Below are positions 1-7,769 of a DNA stretch of 27,580 nt, in pieces. The stretch's first letter is position 1. The number at the start of each line of letters is the position of its first letter. Position numbers and translations under genes: made by a program. The DNA is from an uncultured Candidatus Saccharibacteria bacterium (lineage in GTDB: Bacteria; Patescibacteriota; Minisyncoccia; Phycocordibacterales; UBA9973): assembly GCA_964363165.1 (NCBI GenBank), contig CAYIHB010000001.1:1-27580 (forward strand), read 5' to 3'. The notes beneath the pieces are model-generated. The model made no database searches. It saw nothing but the letters and a program-made list of their open reading frames with translations, and had not been told where the DNA came from.

Positions 1-19
1 AAAAAAGTTTCTACAGAAT

Positions 20-38
20 ACAGAGGTTTAACCTATGT
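20..38. repeat. REP-like imperfect palindrome (acagAGGTTTAACCTatgt) next to the tRNA 3' end
   Basis: Core AGGT-TTA-ACCT at 24-34 with outer aca/tgt pairing. Same AGGY-nnn-RCCT form as the RAYT terminal hairpins at 20428 and 21132. Confidence 0.5.
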
Positions 39-50
39 AAAATAATTACC

Positions 51-137
51 GGCGGAGGGTAGGAGATTCGAACTCCTGGTGGATTTCTCCACACACGCTT
101 TCCAAGCGTGCGCACTAGACCGCTATGCGAACCCTCC
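51..137 (-). tRNA. tRNA-Ser (anticodon GGA)
   Basis: Reverse complement folds into a cloverleaf: acceptor GGAGGGT/ACCCTCC, anticodon arm CACGC-TTGGAAA-GCGTG, long variable arm GTGGA-GAAA-TCCAC, T arm AGGAG-TTCGAAT-CTCCT. Discriminator G followed by CCG, so CCA is not fully encoded. Confidence 0.97.
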
Positions 138-183
138 TCTTACCCCTTAATTTACCTTATTTAGATAAAAAAGAAAACTGTAG

Positions 184-189
184 TATAAT
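184..189 (+). promoter_or_regulatory. -10 box TATAAT, 7 nt before the ATG at 197
   Basis: Perfect TATAAT; no SD motif before the start codon. Confidence 0.6.
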
Positions 190-196
190 CATAGTT

Positions 197-754
197 ATGA
201 AACCCAAAAATTGGCTAGTCTTAGTTGTGGTAGTATTGGTTGTTATTTTGTTTTTCAAAGTTTTAATTACGAAAAATAAAGCAGTTGATATTAAAAATAT
301 AAATGAGCAAAGTTATATGAAAATAGAAAGCGATGTTTTTCCAAACGACGGAATGATTCCGGTTCAGTACACTTGTTACGGAGATAAAACTCAGATACCG
401 CTTAAAATATCCGGTGTGCCCCAAAACGCGAAGAGTCTGGGATTAATCGTAGACGATCCGGATGCGCCCAACGGAGATTTCGTGCATTGGGTAGTCTGGA
501 ATATTGAGCCAGAGACTTCAATTATTGAAAACAATAACTTGCCCGGAGCGGTGGAAGGGAATACAAGTCTGAATAAACCGGGTTGGGTCCCGCCTTGTCC
601 CCCGTCCGGCACTCATCATTACAACTTCAAGCTCTATGCCTTGGACACTCTTCTTTCCATTCCAAAATCCTCCAATAAGGTGGATTTTATTCAGGCCACC
701 AAAGGACACGTTATTGATTATAAAGTGCTTATCGGATTGTATGGGCGGAAATAA
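197..754 (+). CDS. YbhB/YbcL family (PEBP, Raf kinase inhibitor-like) protein with N-terminal membrane anchor or signal, 185 aa
   Basis: Motifs DDPDAP..FVHWVVWNI, GNTS...GW.PPCPPSGTHHYNFKLYALD. The track start at 125 overlaps the tRNA; MKPKNW plus a hydrophobic stretch at 197 is the likely start. Confidence 0.9.
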   Translation: MKPKNWLVLVVVVLVVILFFKVLITKNKAVDIKNINEQSYMKIESDVFPNDGMIPVQYTCYGDKTQIPLKISGVPQNAKSLGLIVDDPDAPNGDFVHWVVWNIEPETSIIENNNLPGAVEGNTSLNKPGWVPPCPPSGTHHYNFKLYALDTLLSIPKSSNKVDFIQATKGHVIDYKVLIGLYGRK

Positions 755-766
755 AATGTGGTAAAT

Positions 767-1390
767 ATGGACAAAGAAAGGCTTATTGAAAAACTTAGGG
801 AAGAGGGAATCAAGGAGGAAATATTGGAAGCCATAGAAAAAATTGACAGAGTGAATTTTGTTCCGGAAAGTCATTTGGCCGAGGCCTATGAAGACCATCC
901 TCTTTCCATCGGATACGGACAAACCATAAGCCAGCCCTATACCGTGGCTTTCATGCTGCAGGAACTTGAACTCAAGAAAAACGATAAAGTTCTGGAAATT
1001 GGAACAGGCAGCGGGTGGAACGCCGCGCTGGTTTCTTATCTCATTGGGGAGGAGGGAAAAGTTTATACTGCGGAGGTGGTGGACGAGCTTGCCAGAAAGG
1101 CAAAGGAGAAATTAAAAAGTTATAAAAACGTGACTGTCTTGAATGGAGATGCTTCGCACGGACTTCCTGAACATGCTCCATATAATAAAATAATTTTGAC
1201 CGCCGCTCCGAAGAAAATTGCCGAGGAATTTAAAGAACAGTTGGCTGATAATGGAATCTTGCTGGCGCCGGTGGGGGAATATACCCAAAAACTCATAAAA
1301 TTAGTGAAAAAAGGAAAAAATTTTTTGGAAACAGAAAAAGGAGATTTTATTTTCGTTCCATTGGTGAGTAAGGCAAAAAATTCTATGTAA
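767..1390 (+). CDS. pcm: Protein-L-isoaspartate O-methyltransferase
   Basis: IGYGQTISQPYTVAFM and SAM motif VLEIGTGSGWNAA, PYNKIILTAA. Start is ATG 767 or GTG 758. Confidence 0.93.
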   Translation: MDKERLIEKLREEGIKEEILEAIEKIDRVNFVPESHLAEAYEDHPLSIGYGQTISQPYTVAFMLQELELKKNDKVLEIGTGSGWNAALVSYLIGEEGKVYTAEVVDELARKAKEKLKSYKNVTVLNGDASHGLPEHAPYNKIILTAAPKKIAEEFKEQLADNGILLAPVGEYTQKLIKLVKKGKNFLETEKGDFIFVPLVSKAKNSM

Positions 1391-1441
1391 AACAAAAAAG
1401 CCGTTTCGAAATAGGCAAAAATGACTGGTTTTTGTTATTTA

Positions 1442-1450
1442 TGCTAAAAT
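1442..1450 (+). promoter_or_regulatory. Extended -10 (TG-C-TAAAAT) of the DoxX gene
   Basis: TGn + TAAAAT 10 nt before ATG 1461; ATGACT at 1421-1426 is a possible -35. Confidence 0.5.
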
Positions 1451-1460
1451 TATATCTATT

Positions 1461-1955
1461 ATGGAACAAAATAAAACACAACATATTTTGGGATTGTTAA
1501 GATTAGTGATGGGCTGGATTTTTCTTTGGGCGTTTTTCGATAAATTATTCGGACTGGGTTTTTCGACGGCGGCCGGCAAATCCTGGCTAGTCGGTGTTTC
1601 TCCGACCGCCGGATTTTTGCAATTCGGGGTTCACGGTCCTTTGGCGGGATTTTTTCACTCCCTGGCCGGGGTTCAGCTGGTAGACTGGCTGTTTATGCTC
1701 GGCCTGCTTTTTGTCGGTCTTACCCTTATGACCGGTATTTTCATGAAACTAGGGAGTTTTTTCGGAAAAATAATGTTGCTTCTCATGTATCTGGCCGTTG
1801 GAGTATCGCCAACAACCAATCCATTCATAGACGAACATATCGTGTATATACTGATCATTATGATTCTGGTGTTGACAGACTCGGGACAATATTTGGGTTT
1901 GGGTAGTTGGTGGGCAAGAACTTCTTTTGTCCAAAAATATCCGTTTTTCAAATAG
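1461..1955 (+). CDS. DoxX/DoxD family membrane protein
   Basis: LLRLVMGWIFLWAFFDKLFG start and about four hydrophobic helices typical of DoxX. Confidence 0.8.
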   Translation: MEQNKTQHILGLLRLVMGWIFLWAFFDKLFGLGFSTAAGKSWLVGVSPTAGFLQFGVHGPLAGFFHSLAGVQLVDWLFMLGLLFVGLTLMTGIFMKLGSFFGKIMLLLMYLAVGVSPTTNPFIDEHIVYILIIMILVLTDSGQYLGLGSWWARTSFVQKYPFFK

Positions 1956-1986
1956 TTGAAATTATCAATTTAACAAAAATAAAGTT

Positions 1987-2145
1987 ATGAAGGGATTTAA
2001 CGCGAATATAGAAAAAGAAACTTTGGAAAATAAAAATTTCCGCAAAGTTTTATACACTGGCCACCACAAGGACGGCATAGTCAGGGCTACCAAAGCGGAA
2101 GCCGAAGCTGATGGACCCGAGTTTGATGGAAAAACTACGGAATAA
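1987..2145 (+). pseudogene. Cupin-domain gene with in-frame internal deletion (52-aa remnant)
   Basis: Reads MKGFNANIEKETLENKNFRKVLYTG fused to HHKDGIVRATKAEAEADGPEFDGKTTE*. These match the recalled N- and C-termini of a widespread ~130-aa cupin family; the barrel between them is missing. Confidence 0.75.
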
Positions 2146-2146
2146 T

Positions 2147-2893
2147 ATGTCCGAATATTACAAGGCCAACAGGATAAGAAATGTCTATGACCCGAAAAGT
2201 TCGGAGCCTTTTAAACTGTCGCGCTCAAAAATCGAACTTTTTACCGAATGCTCGAAATGTTTCTATCTGGACCGCAGGTTGGGAATAGGAAGACCGCCGG
2301 GGTTTCCTTTCAATTTAAACACGGCGGTCGATACGCTTTTGAAAAAAGAATTCGATATTCACCGGTCCAACAAAACCGCTCATCCGCTGATGAAAGCGTA
2401 TAAAATTAACGCTATTCCTTTCGATCATGAAATGATAGACGAATGGAGGCGAAACTTCGGCGGGATACAATATAACCACCAGCCCGCTAATTTTATAATT
2501 ACCGGAGCGGTGGATGATTTATGGATTAACACGAAAGGAGAACTTATTGTCGTGGATTACAAATCGACCAGCAAGCAGGAAAAAGTAACGCTTGACGCCG
2601 AATGGCAGATGGGATACAAGAGACAGATGGAAATATATCAATGGCTTCTTCGGCAGCTCGGATTCAAAGTTTCTGACACCGGCTATTTTGTTTACTGCAA
2701 CGGAAAAACGGATCGCAAAGCGTTTGACGGAAAATTGGAATTCGATATCGACCTAATTTCGTACACCGGCGATGATTCGTGGGTGGAAGATGTCCTGCTA
2801 AAGATAAAAAAATGTTTGAACGGAAAAATGCCGAAAGCCAGCCCCCAATGCGATTATTGCAATTACCGGGAGGCCGTACAAAAAGTTAAGTAA
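2147..2893 (+). CDS. PD-(D/E)XK RecB-like nuclease with two CxxC pairs, 248 aa
   Basis: GAVDDLW, IVVDYKST, QMEIY motifs; CSKC near the N-terminus and CDYC near the C-terminus. ATG 2147 follows the cupin stop by 1 nt; the track start at 2111 lies inside the cupin remnant. Confidence 0.85.
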   Translation: MSEYYKANRIRNVYDPKSSEPFKLSRSKIELFTECSKCFYLDRRLGIGRPPGFPFNLNTAVDTLLKKEFDIHRSNKTAHPLMKAYKINAIPFDHEMIDEWRRNFGGIQYNHQPANFIITGAVDDLWINTKGELIVVDYKSTSKQEKVTLDAEWQMGYKRQMEIYQWLLRQLGFKVSDTGYFVYCNGKTDRKAFDGKLEFDIDLISYTGDDSWVEDVLLKIKKCLNGKMPKASPQCDYCNYREAVQKVK

Positions 2894-2897
2894 AAAT

Positions 2898-2999
2898 TTA
2901 AAAAAGCGGCCTTGGCCCGTTGTCCAGCCAACCGAGATAAAAACCTAAAGCAAGAAAAATAATTATTAAAATGGCTAGAATCCAATAGGTTTTTTTCAC
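2898..2999 (-). CDS. Small single-pass membrane protein, 33 aa (MKKTYWILAILIIIFLALGFYLGWLDNGPRPLF)
   Basis: GTG at 2999, TAA at 2900-2898. Basic N-terminus plus hydrophobic helix. TG-C-TATACT lies 6 nt upstream, and the ORF fills the intergenic gap. Confidence 0.6.
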   Translation of the reverse strand: MKKTYWILAILIIIFLALGFYLGWLDNGPRPLF

Positions 3000-3005
3000 C
3001 CGTAA

Positions 3006-3014
3006 AGTATAGCA
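3006..3014 (-). promoter_or_regulatory. Extended -10 (TG-C-TATACT) for the small membrane protein
   Basis: Near-consensus TGn-TATAAT 6 nt before the GTG. Confidence 0.6.
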
Positions 3015-3039
3015 AATATTGGGAAAAAACTCACAAATA

Positions 3040-3048
3040 TGATATATT
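3040..3048 (+). promoter_or_regulatory. Extended -10 (TG-A-TATATT) of pheST
   Basis: 7 nt before ATG 3056; back-to-back with the small-ORF promoter. Confidence 0.55.
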
Positions 3049-3055
3049 TTTCTTA

Positions 3056-3760
3056 ATGGATAATAATCGAAAGGGAAAAGAACATCCGCTTTCTATTCTG
3101 GCCGAAGAAGCCTACAAGGTTTTTTCCGATATGGGTTTTGAAATTGCGACCGGTCCGGAGCTGGAAAGCGAATGGTACAATTTCGATGCACTGAACGTTT
3201 CCAAAGATCATCCAGCCAGGGATATGCAGGATACTTTCTTTATCAAGAATCAAAAAGAAAAAGTCTTACGCACCCATACGACCAATGTCACGGCCCGGGC
3301 CATAGAAAAAGCGGGGAAGGAGGGCAGATTGCCTTGCGCTTTCATCTCTATCGGAAAAGTGTTCAGAAATGAAGCGACAGATTCTACGCATGAAATGCAA
3401 TTTTTCCAGACAGACGGGACAATGGTCGGAGAAGATATTTCCATTGCGGACTTAAAAGGCGTTCTGACTCATTTTTATAAAAAAATGCTGGGAGATGATG
3501 TTCAAATGGAATTTCGCCCGAGTTTTTTCCCTTTCGTCGAGCCGGGCCTTGAAGTTTGGCTTAGATTCGGGAATAAATGGCTGGAAGTTATGGGAGCCGG
3601 TATGCTTCATCCGAATGTGCTGAAAAATTTAGGGCTTGACCCCAGAAAAGTCCAAGGTTTTGCCTTCGGCGGAGGACTTGATCGCGTGGCCATAGTCAAA
3701 TGGGGTATTTCCGATATCAGATTTTTCTATCAAGGAGATTTAAGACTCAATCAGTTTTAA
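3056..3760 (+). CDS. pheS: Phenylalanine-tRNA ligase alpha subunit, N-terminally short (234 aa)
   Basis: GKEHPL, NFDALN...HPARDMQDTFF, LRTHTT, FRNE, FFPFVEP, GFAFGGGLDR. Confidence 0.96.
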   Translation: MDNNRKGKEHPLSILAEEAYKVFSDMGFEIATGPELESEWYNFDALNVSKDHPARDMQDTFFIKNQKEKVLRTHTTNVTARAIEKAGKEGRLPCAFISIGKVFRNEATDSTHEMQFFQTDGTMVGEDISIADLKGVLTHFYKKMLGDDVQMEFRPSFFPFVEPGLEVWLRFGNKWLEVMGAGMLHPNVLKNLGLDPRKVQGFAFGGGLDRVAIVKWGISDIRFFYQGDLRLNQF

Positions 3761-3763
3761 AAA

Positions 3764-5566
3764 ATGAAAATTTCTTACAATTGGCTAAAATGGTATATTC
3801 CGGAAATTCCCAAAACCGAAAAACTGGCGGATATTTTCAACTGCCATCTTTGCGAAGTGGAAAGTGTTGAGAAAAAAACGGACGATATTATTTTTGATTT
3901 GAATATTTTGCCGAACCGGGCCCATGATTTGCTCAGTCACCAAGGTATTGCACGTGAACTTGCCGGCCAGCTCGGTATTGATTTCAAAGATCCTACGGAA
4001 ATGTATAAAATTCCGGAACCGGGATCCACCAACTTGAAAATAGAAATAAAAACGGACAAATGCCGCCGTTATATGGGACGGATTGTCAGAAATGTGAAAG
4101 TCGGATCTTCACCCGATTGGGTAGTAAAGCATCTCGAATCCATAGGGCAAAGAAGCATAAGTAATATTGTGGATGCGACCAATATCGTTATGTACGACTC
4201 CGGACAACCCTGCCATGCTTTCGATCTGGATAAATTAGAAGGCGAGAAAATAATCATCAGACTTGCGAAAGAAGGGGAAATAATGATGACTCTGGATGGG
4301 AAAGAGGTAAAACTTTCATCGGTTGATATGGTAATAGCGGATGAAAAAAATGTTCTAGCGGTCGCCGGAGTCAAGGGAGGCAAAATTGCCGAAGTGAACG
4401 ATAACACAAAAAATATTCTGATAGAAGTGGCGAATTTTGATCCTGTTTCCGTGCGTGGGACTTCAAAAAGATTGGGAATCATAACCGATTCGTCAAAAAG
4501 GTTCGAGAATGATTTGTCTCCCGAACTTTGTTCATACGCGATGAGGGAAATTTCCGGACTTTTGGTGGAATACGGCGGGTTTAAATTTGAAGAAGTAATT
4601 GATGTCTATCCCGGCAAGCAGGAAATAAGTAAACTTTCTTTTTCGGCGGGCAAGATTTCAAAAATTTTGGGTTTAAATGTTTCCGTAAAAGAAATTGAAG
4701 ATATTTTGAAGAGGTATAATTTTAAGTACAAAAATACTGCCAATAAATTTGAAATTACTGTGCCGCCTATGCGCCTTGATTTAACCATAGAGGAAGATAT
4801 GGCCGAAGAAATAGGCAGAATCTTGGGGTACGACAAGATAAAACCCAAAATCCCAAGTATTGATTTCAAACCGAAAGAAAATGAAATCTATTCTAAAATC
4901 GGTCAGGCTAGAAATAAATTGTTGAATGAGGGTTATAGTGAGGTCATGACTTATGCTTTCAGGGACGAAGGGGAAGTGGAAGTTATGGCTTCCGCGTCGG
5001 ATAAGAAATTTTTGAGAACGAATTTAACTGACAGATTGAAAGAGAGCTTAAAATTAAATCAACTTAATGCACCCTTGCTTGAAATGGATGAGATAAAAAT
5101 TTTTGAAATTGGAACGGTATTTAAGAAAGATAAAGAAGAAATAAATGTCGCTTATGGCGACAAAAAGGGAATAAAAGAAATGAGTTTGGATGAATTTTGT
5201 AAAAGTGCCTCGCCTGAGTTTCTGCAGGAAAAGGTCTTGCCTTTAGGGGATTTAAGGCAAGACCTTATAGAGCAGAAGTTCAAAATGTGGTCTATTTACC
5301 CATTTATCGTCCGCGATATTGCCGTCTGGGTGCCAGAAAATGTTTCAAGCAAAGATGTGGAAAAAATAATAAAAGACAATATGGGAGAGCTTGTGGTGCG
5401 AGGTCCGAGACTATTTGACCAGTTCAAAAAAGACGGCAAAAACTCCTATGCTTTCCGGCTTGTTTTTCAGTCTTATGAAAGAACCCTCAAAGACGAGGAA
5501 GTTAATGAAATTATGGTCAAAATAGGCCATAAAATAAGCGAAAATTCAAGCTGGCAAATAAGATAA
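3764..5566 (+). CDS. pheT: Phenylalanine-tRNA ligase beta subunit, compact (600 aa)
   Basis: MKISYNWLK, PNRAHDLLSHQGIARE, B3/4 (ISNIVDATN...GQPCHAFD), B5 (RLDLTIEEDMAEEIGRILGY) and a C-terminal anticodon-binding domain (VRDIAV...SYAFRLVFQ). Confidence 0.95.
   Translation: MKISYNWLKWYIPEIPKTEKLADIFNCHLCEVESVEKKTDDIIFDLNILPNRAHDLLSHQGIARELAGQLGIDFKDPTEMYKIPEPGSTNLKIEIKTDKCRRYMGRIVRNVKVGSSPDWVVKHLESIGQRSISNIVDATNIVMYDSGQPCHAFDLDKLEGEKIIIRLAKEGEIMMTLDGKEVKLSSVDMVIADEKNVLAVAGVKGGKIAEVNDNTKNILIEVANFDPVSVRGTSKRLGIITDSSKRFENDLSPELCSYAMREISGLLVEYGGFKFEEVIDVYPGKQEISKLSFSAGKISKILGLNVSVKEIEDILKRYNFKYKNTANKFEITVPPMRLDLTIEEDMAEEIGRILGYDKIKPKIPSIDFKPKENEIYSKIGQARNKLLNEGYSEVMTYAFRDEGEVEVMASASDKKFLRTNLTDRLKESLKLNQLNAPLLEMDEIKIFEIGTVFKKDKEEINVAYGDKKGIKEMSLDEFCKSASPEFLQEKVLPLGDLRQDLIEQKFKMWSIYPFIVRDIAVWVPENVSSKDVEKIIKDNMGELVVRGPRLFDQFKKDGKNSYAFRLVFQSYERTLKDEEVNEIMVKIGHKISENSSWQIR
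5231..5266. repeat. Intragenic REP-doublet-like inverted repeat in pheT
   Basis: AAGGTCTTGCCTT (5231-5243) and AAGGCAAGACCTT (5254-5266) form a perfect 13-bp IR with a 10-nt spacer. Cores match the RAYT terminal cores at 10 of 11 positions. Confidence 0.75.
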
Positions 5567-5591
5567 AATACTAGTTTTTTGTGTTGTTTTT

Positions 5592-5629
5592 TGCTATAAT
5601 GTAAAAAGCAAAAATAGATTTTTGCTTTT
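5592..5629 (+). promoter_or_regulatory. gyrB extended -10 (TG-C-TATAAT) followed by an 11-bp hairpin
   Basis: TG 5592-5593, TATAAT 5595-5600; AAAAGCAAAAA (5604-5614) / TTTTTGCTTTT (5619-5629), loop TAGA. Confidence 0.65.
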
Positions 5630-5655
5630 GTTTTCTGAGCTTAATTCGAGATTAA

Positions 5656-7734
5656 ATGGCTAAAGAAAAGGAGAAAAAGGATGTAAAAAACGTGCAAAGA
5701 AACGGGCATCATTATGATGCTTCGGATATTTCGGTTCTGGAAGGCCTGGAGCCGGTCAGACGACGTCCGGGAATGTATATCGGTACCACCGGGCCCGAGG
5801 GACTCCACCATTTGGTTTGGGAAATTTTTGACAATTCGCGTGATGAAGCCATGGGGGAATTTTGTAATGATATTGAAGTCGTATTATTGCCGAGTAACCG
5901 CGTGCGCATCACGGACAATGGCCGGGGCATACCCGTCGATATACATAAAAAGACAAAAGTATCGGCTTTGGAAACTGTAATGACGACACTTCATGCCGGG
6001 GGAAAATTCGGAGGAGAAAACAGCGGATATAAAGTTTCCGGGGGGTTGCACGGCGTGGGGGCCTCCGTGGTGAATGCGCTCTCAATTTATTGCAAGGTGG
6101 AAGTGCACAAGGACAGTGGAAAATATGTTCAGGAATATTCCCAGGGAAAGAAAAAATCCTCCGTCAAGAAAGTCGCTTCTTCCAAGTTAAACGGGACAAT
6201 AGTCACCTTTGAGCCGGATCGGGAAGTCTTCAAAGATATAAAATTCGACTGGAATACGATTGTAAATCATATCCGCCAGCAGGCCTATCTGGTGAGGGGT
6301 TTGAAGGTTTTAATAATTGATGCGCGGGATTATGCCGGTAAAATCGACGATTCCGGCATCTTTTATTTTAGAGAACTGGGACTTGAACTGCCATCCATCT
6401 CTTTTTATTTCGAGGGAGGTCTTGTTTCTCTCGTAAAATATTACAATAAATTTCAAAAACCATTGCATAGTAATATTTTTTATGTTGAAAAAGAACTGGA
6501 TAATGTGGGTGTTGAAATAGCCCTCCAATACGTGGATGACATAGTAGATCACGTCGTTCCTTTTGCCAATAATATCTACACGGGAGAGGGTGGGACGCAT
6601 GTGACCGGTTTCAAGACCGCGTTGACCAGAACCTTGAATACTTATTGCAGGAAAAACGAACTGATGAAAGAATCCGAAGGCGGATTTACCGGGGAAGACG
6701 TTTTGGAGGGACTTACCGCTGTCATCTCGGTAAAACTTCAGGAGATTCAGTTTGAGGGCCAGACCAAGGCAAAACTGGGCTCTATGGAAGCCCAAAGCGC
6801 CGTTGGAACCGTCTTTGGGGAGGCTTTTGCCAGCTTTTTGGAAGAAAATCCGGATGATGCAAAAACCATAATTAACAAGTCTGTTCTGGCCTTAAAAGCC
6901 CGAAAAGCGGCTAAAGCAGCCAAAGATTCAGTGCTTCGCAAGGGGGCGCTTGAAGGTATGACCCTTCCTGGAAAACTGGCGGACTGCCAGAGCAAAAGTG
7001 CTGAGGAATCGGAATTGTTCCTGGTGGAAGGAGATTCAGCCGGCGGTTCGGCCAAACAGGGCAGAGACAGACGCATACAAGCAGTGCTTCCTCTGCGCGG
7101 AAAAATTTTAAATGTCGAACGCGCGCGCATAGACAAAATGCTTGCTTCCAAAGAAATAAGAGCTTTGGTTATTGCTATGGGAACTTCCATTGGGGACACT
7201 TTTGATTTGGAAAAAATGCGTTACCACAAAATAATTATCGCCACGGATGCCGATGTTGATGGCGCGCATATACGCACGCTCTTGCTTACGCTTTTTTACA
7301 GATACTTCAGACCGGTTGTCGAGTCAGGGTATATTTATATTGCCCAGCCTCCGCTTTATAAAATAAAAAAAGGCAAAGAAATAAGTTATGCTTATTCTGA
7401 TGAAGAAAAAATAAAAATTATCGGCAAAGAAACGGATGTGAGTGAAATACAGGCCGTGGAAACGGATGTTGAGATTCCCGCAGAAGAAACAGAAGAAGAA
7501 ATAAAAACGAAATCGAATAAAATCCACATTCAACGCTACAAAGGTCTGGGAGAAATGAATCCGGGGGAACTTTGGGAAACTACGATGGACCCGACACATC
7601 GCGTGCTTAAGAAAGTGGATATAGAAGATGCCGAAGAAGCGGACAAAACTTTTGAAGTTCTGATGGGCAACGAAGTTCCGCCCAGAAAATCTTTTATCCA
7701 ATCCAACGCCAAGCTCGCCGAGATAGATATTTAG
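5656..7734 (+). CDS. gyrB: DNA gyrase subunit B (type IIA topoisomerase B subunit)
   Basis: EPVRRRPGMYIG, DNGRGIP, LHAGGKF, GGLHGVGASVVNALS, TOPRIM EGDSAGG, DADVDGAHI, QRYKGLGEM. Confidence 0.95.
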   Translation: MAKEKEKKDVKNVQRNGHHYDASDISVLEGLEPVRRRPGMYIGTTGPEGLHHLVWEIFDNSRDEAMGEFCNDIEVVLLPSNRVRITDNGRGIPVDIHKKTKVSALETVMTTLHAGGKFGGENSGYKVSGGLHGVGASVVNALSIYCKVEVHKDSGKYVQEYSQGKKKSSVKKVASSKLNGTIVTFEPDREVFKDIKFDWNTIVNHIRQQAYLVRGLKVLIIDARDYAGKIDDSGIFYFRELGLELPSISFYFEGGLVSLVKYYNKFQKPLHSNIFYVEKELDNVGVEIALQYVDDIVDHVVPFANNIYTGEGGTHVTGFKTALTRTLNTYCRKNELMKESEGGFTGEDVLEGLTAVISVKLQEIQFEGQTKAKLGSMEAQSAVGTVFGEAFASFLEENPDDAKTIINKSVLALKARKAAKAAKDSVLRKGALEGMTLPGKLADCQSKSAEESELFLVEGDSAGGSAKQGRDRRIQAVLPLRGKILNVERARIDKMLASKEIRALVIAMGTSIGDTFDLEKMRYHKIIIATDADVDGAHIRTLLLTLFYRYFRPVVESGYIYIAQPPLYKIKKGKEISYAYSDEEKIKIIGKETDVSEIQAVETDVEIPAEETEEEIKTKSNKIHIQRYKGLGEMNPGELWETTMDPTHRVLKKVDIEDAEEADKTFEVLMGNEVPPRKSFIQSNAKLAEIDI

Positions 7735-7769
7735 ATCCTTTTGTTTTGTTAAATTTTTTGTAGTTGATT

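Noticed and set aside
125-196. N-terminal extension of the PEBP ORF given in the track
   Set aside because: It overlaps the tRNA-Ser gene, and a TATAAT box sits just before the ATG at 197.
2111-2146. Track start of the nuclease ORF
   Set aside because: It lies inside the cupin remnant in another frame; ATG 2147 follows that stop by 1 nt.
2147-2893. True Cas4 of a CRISPR system
   Set aside because: No array, cas1 or cas2 nearby, and the Cys layout is 2+2 rather than 1+3.
7429-7469. 11-bp direct repeat GAAACGGATGT in gyrB (ETDV twice)
   Set aside because: It lies in a low-complexity acidic linker and is best explained by local slippage, with no sign of a functional element.
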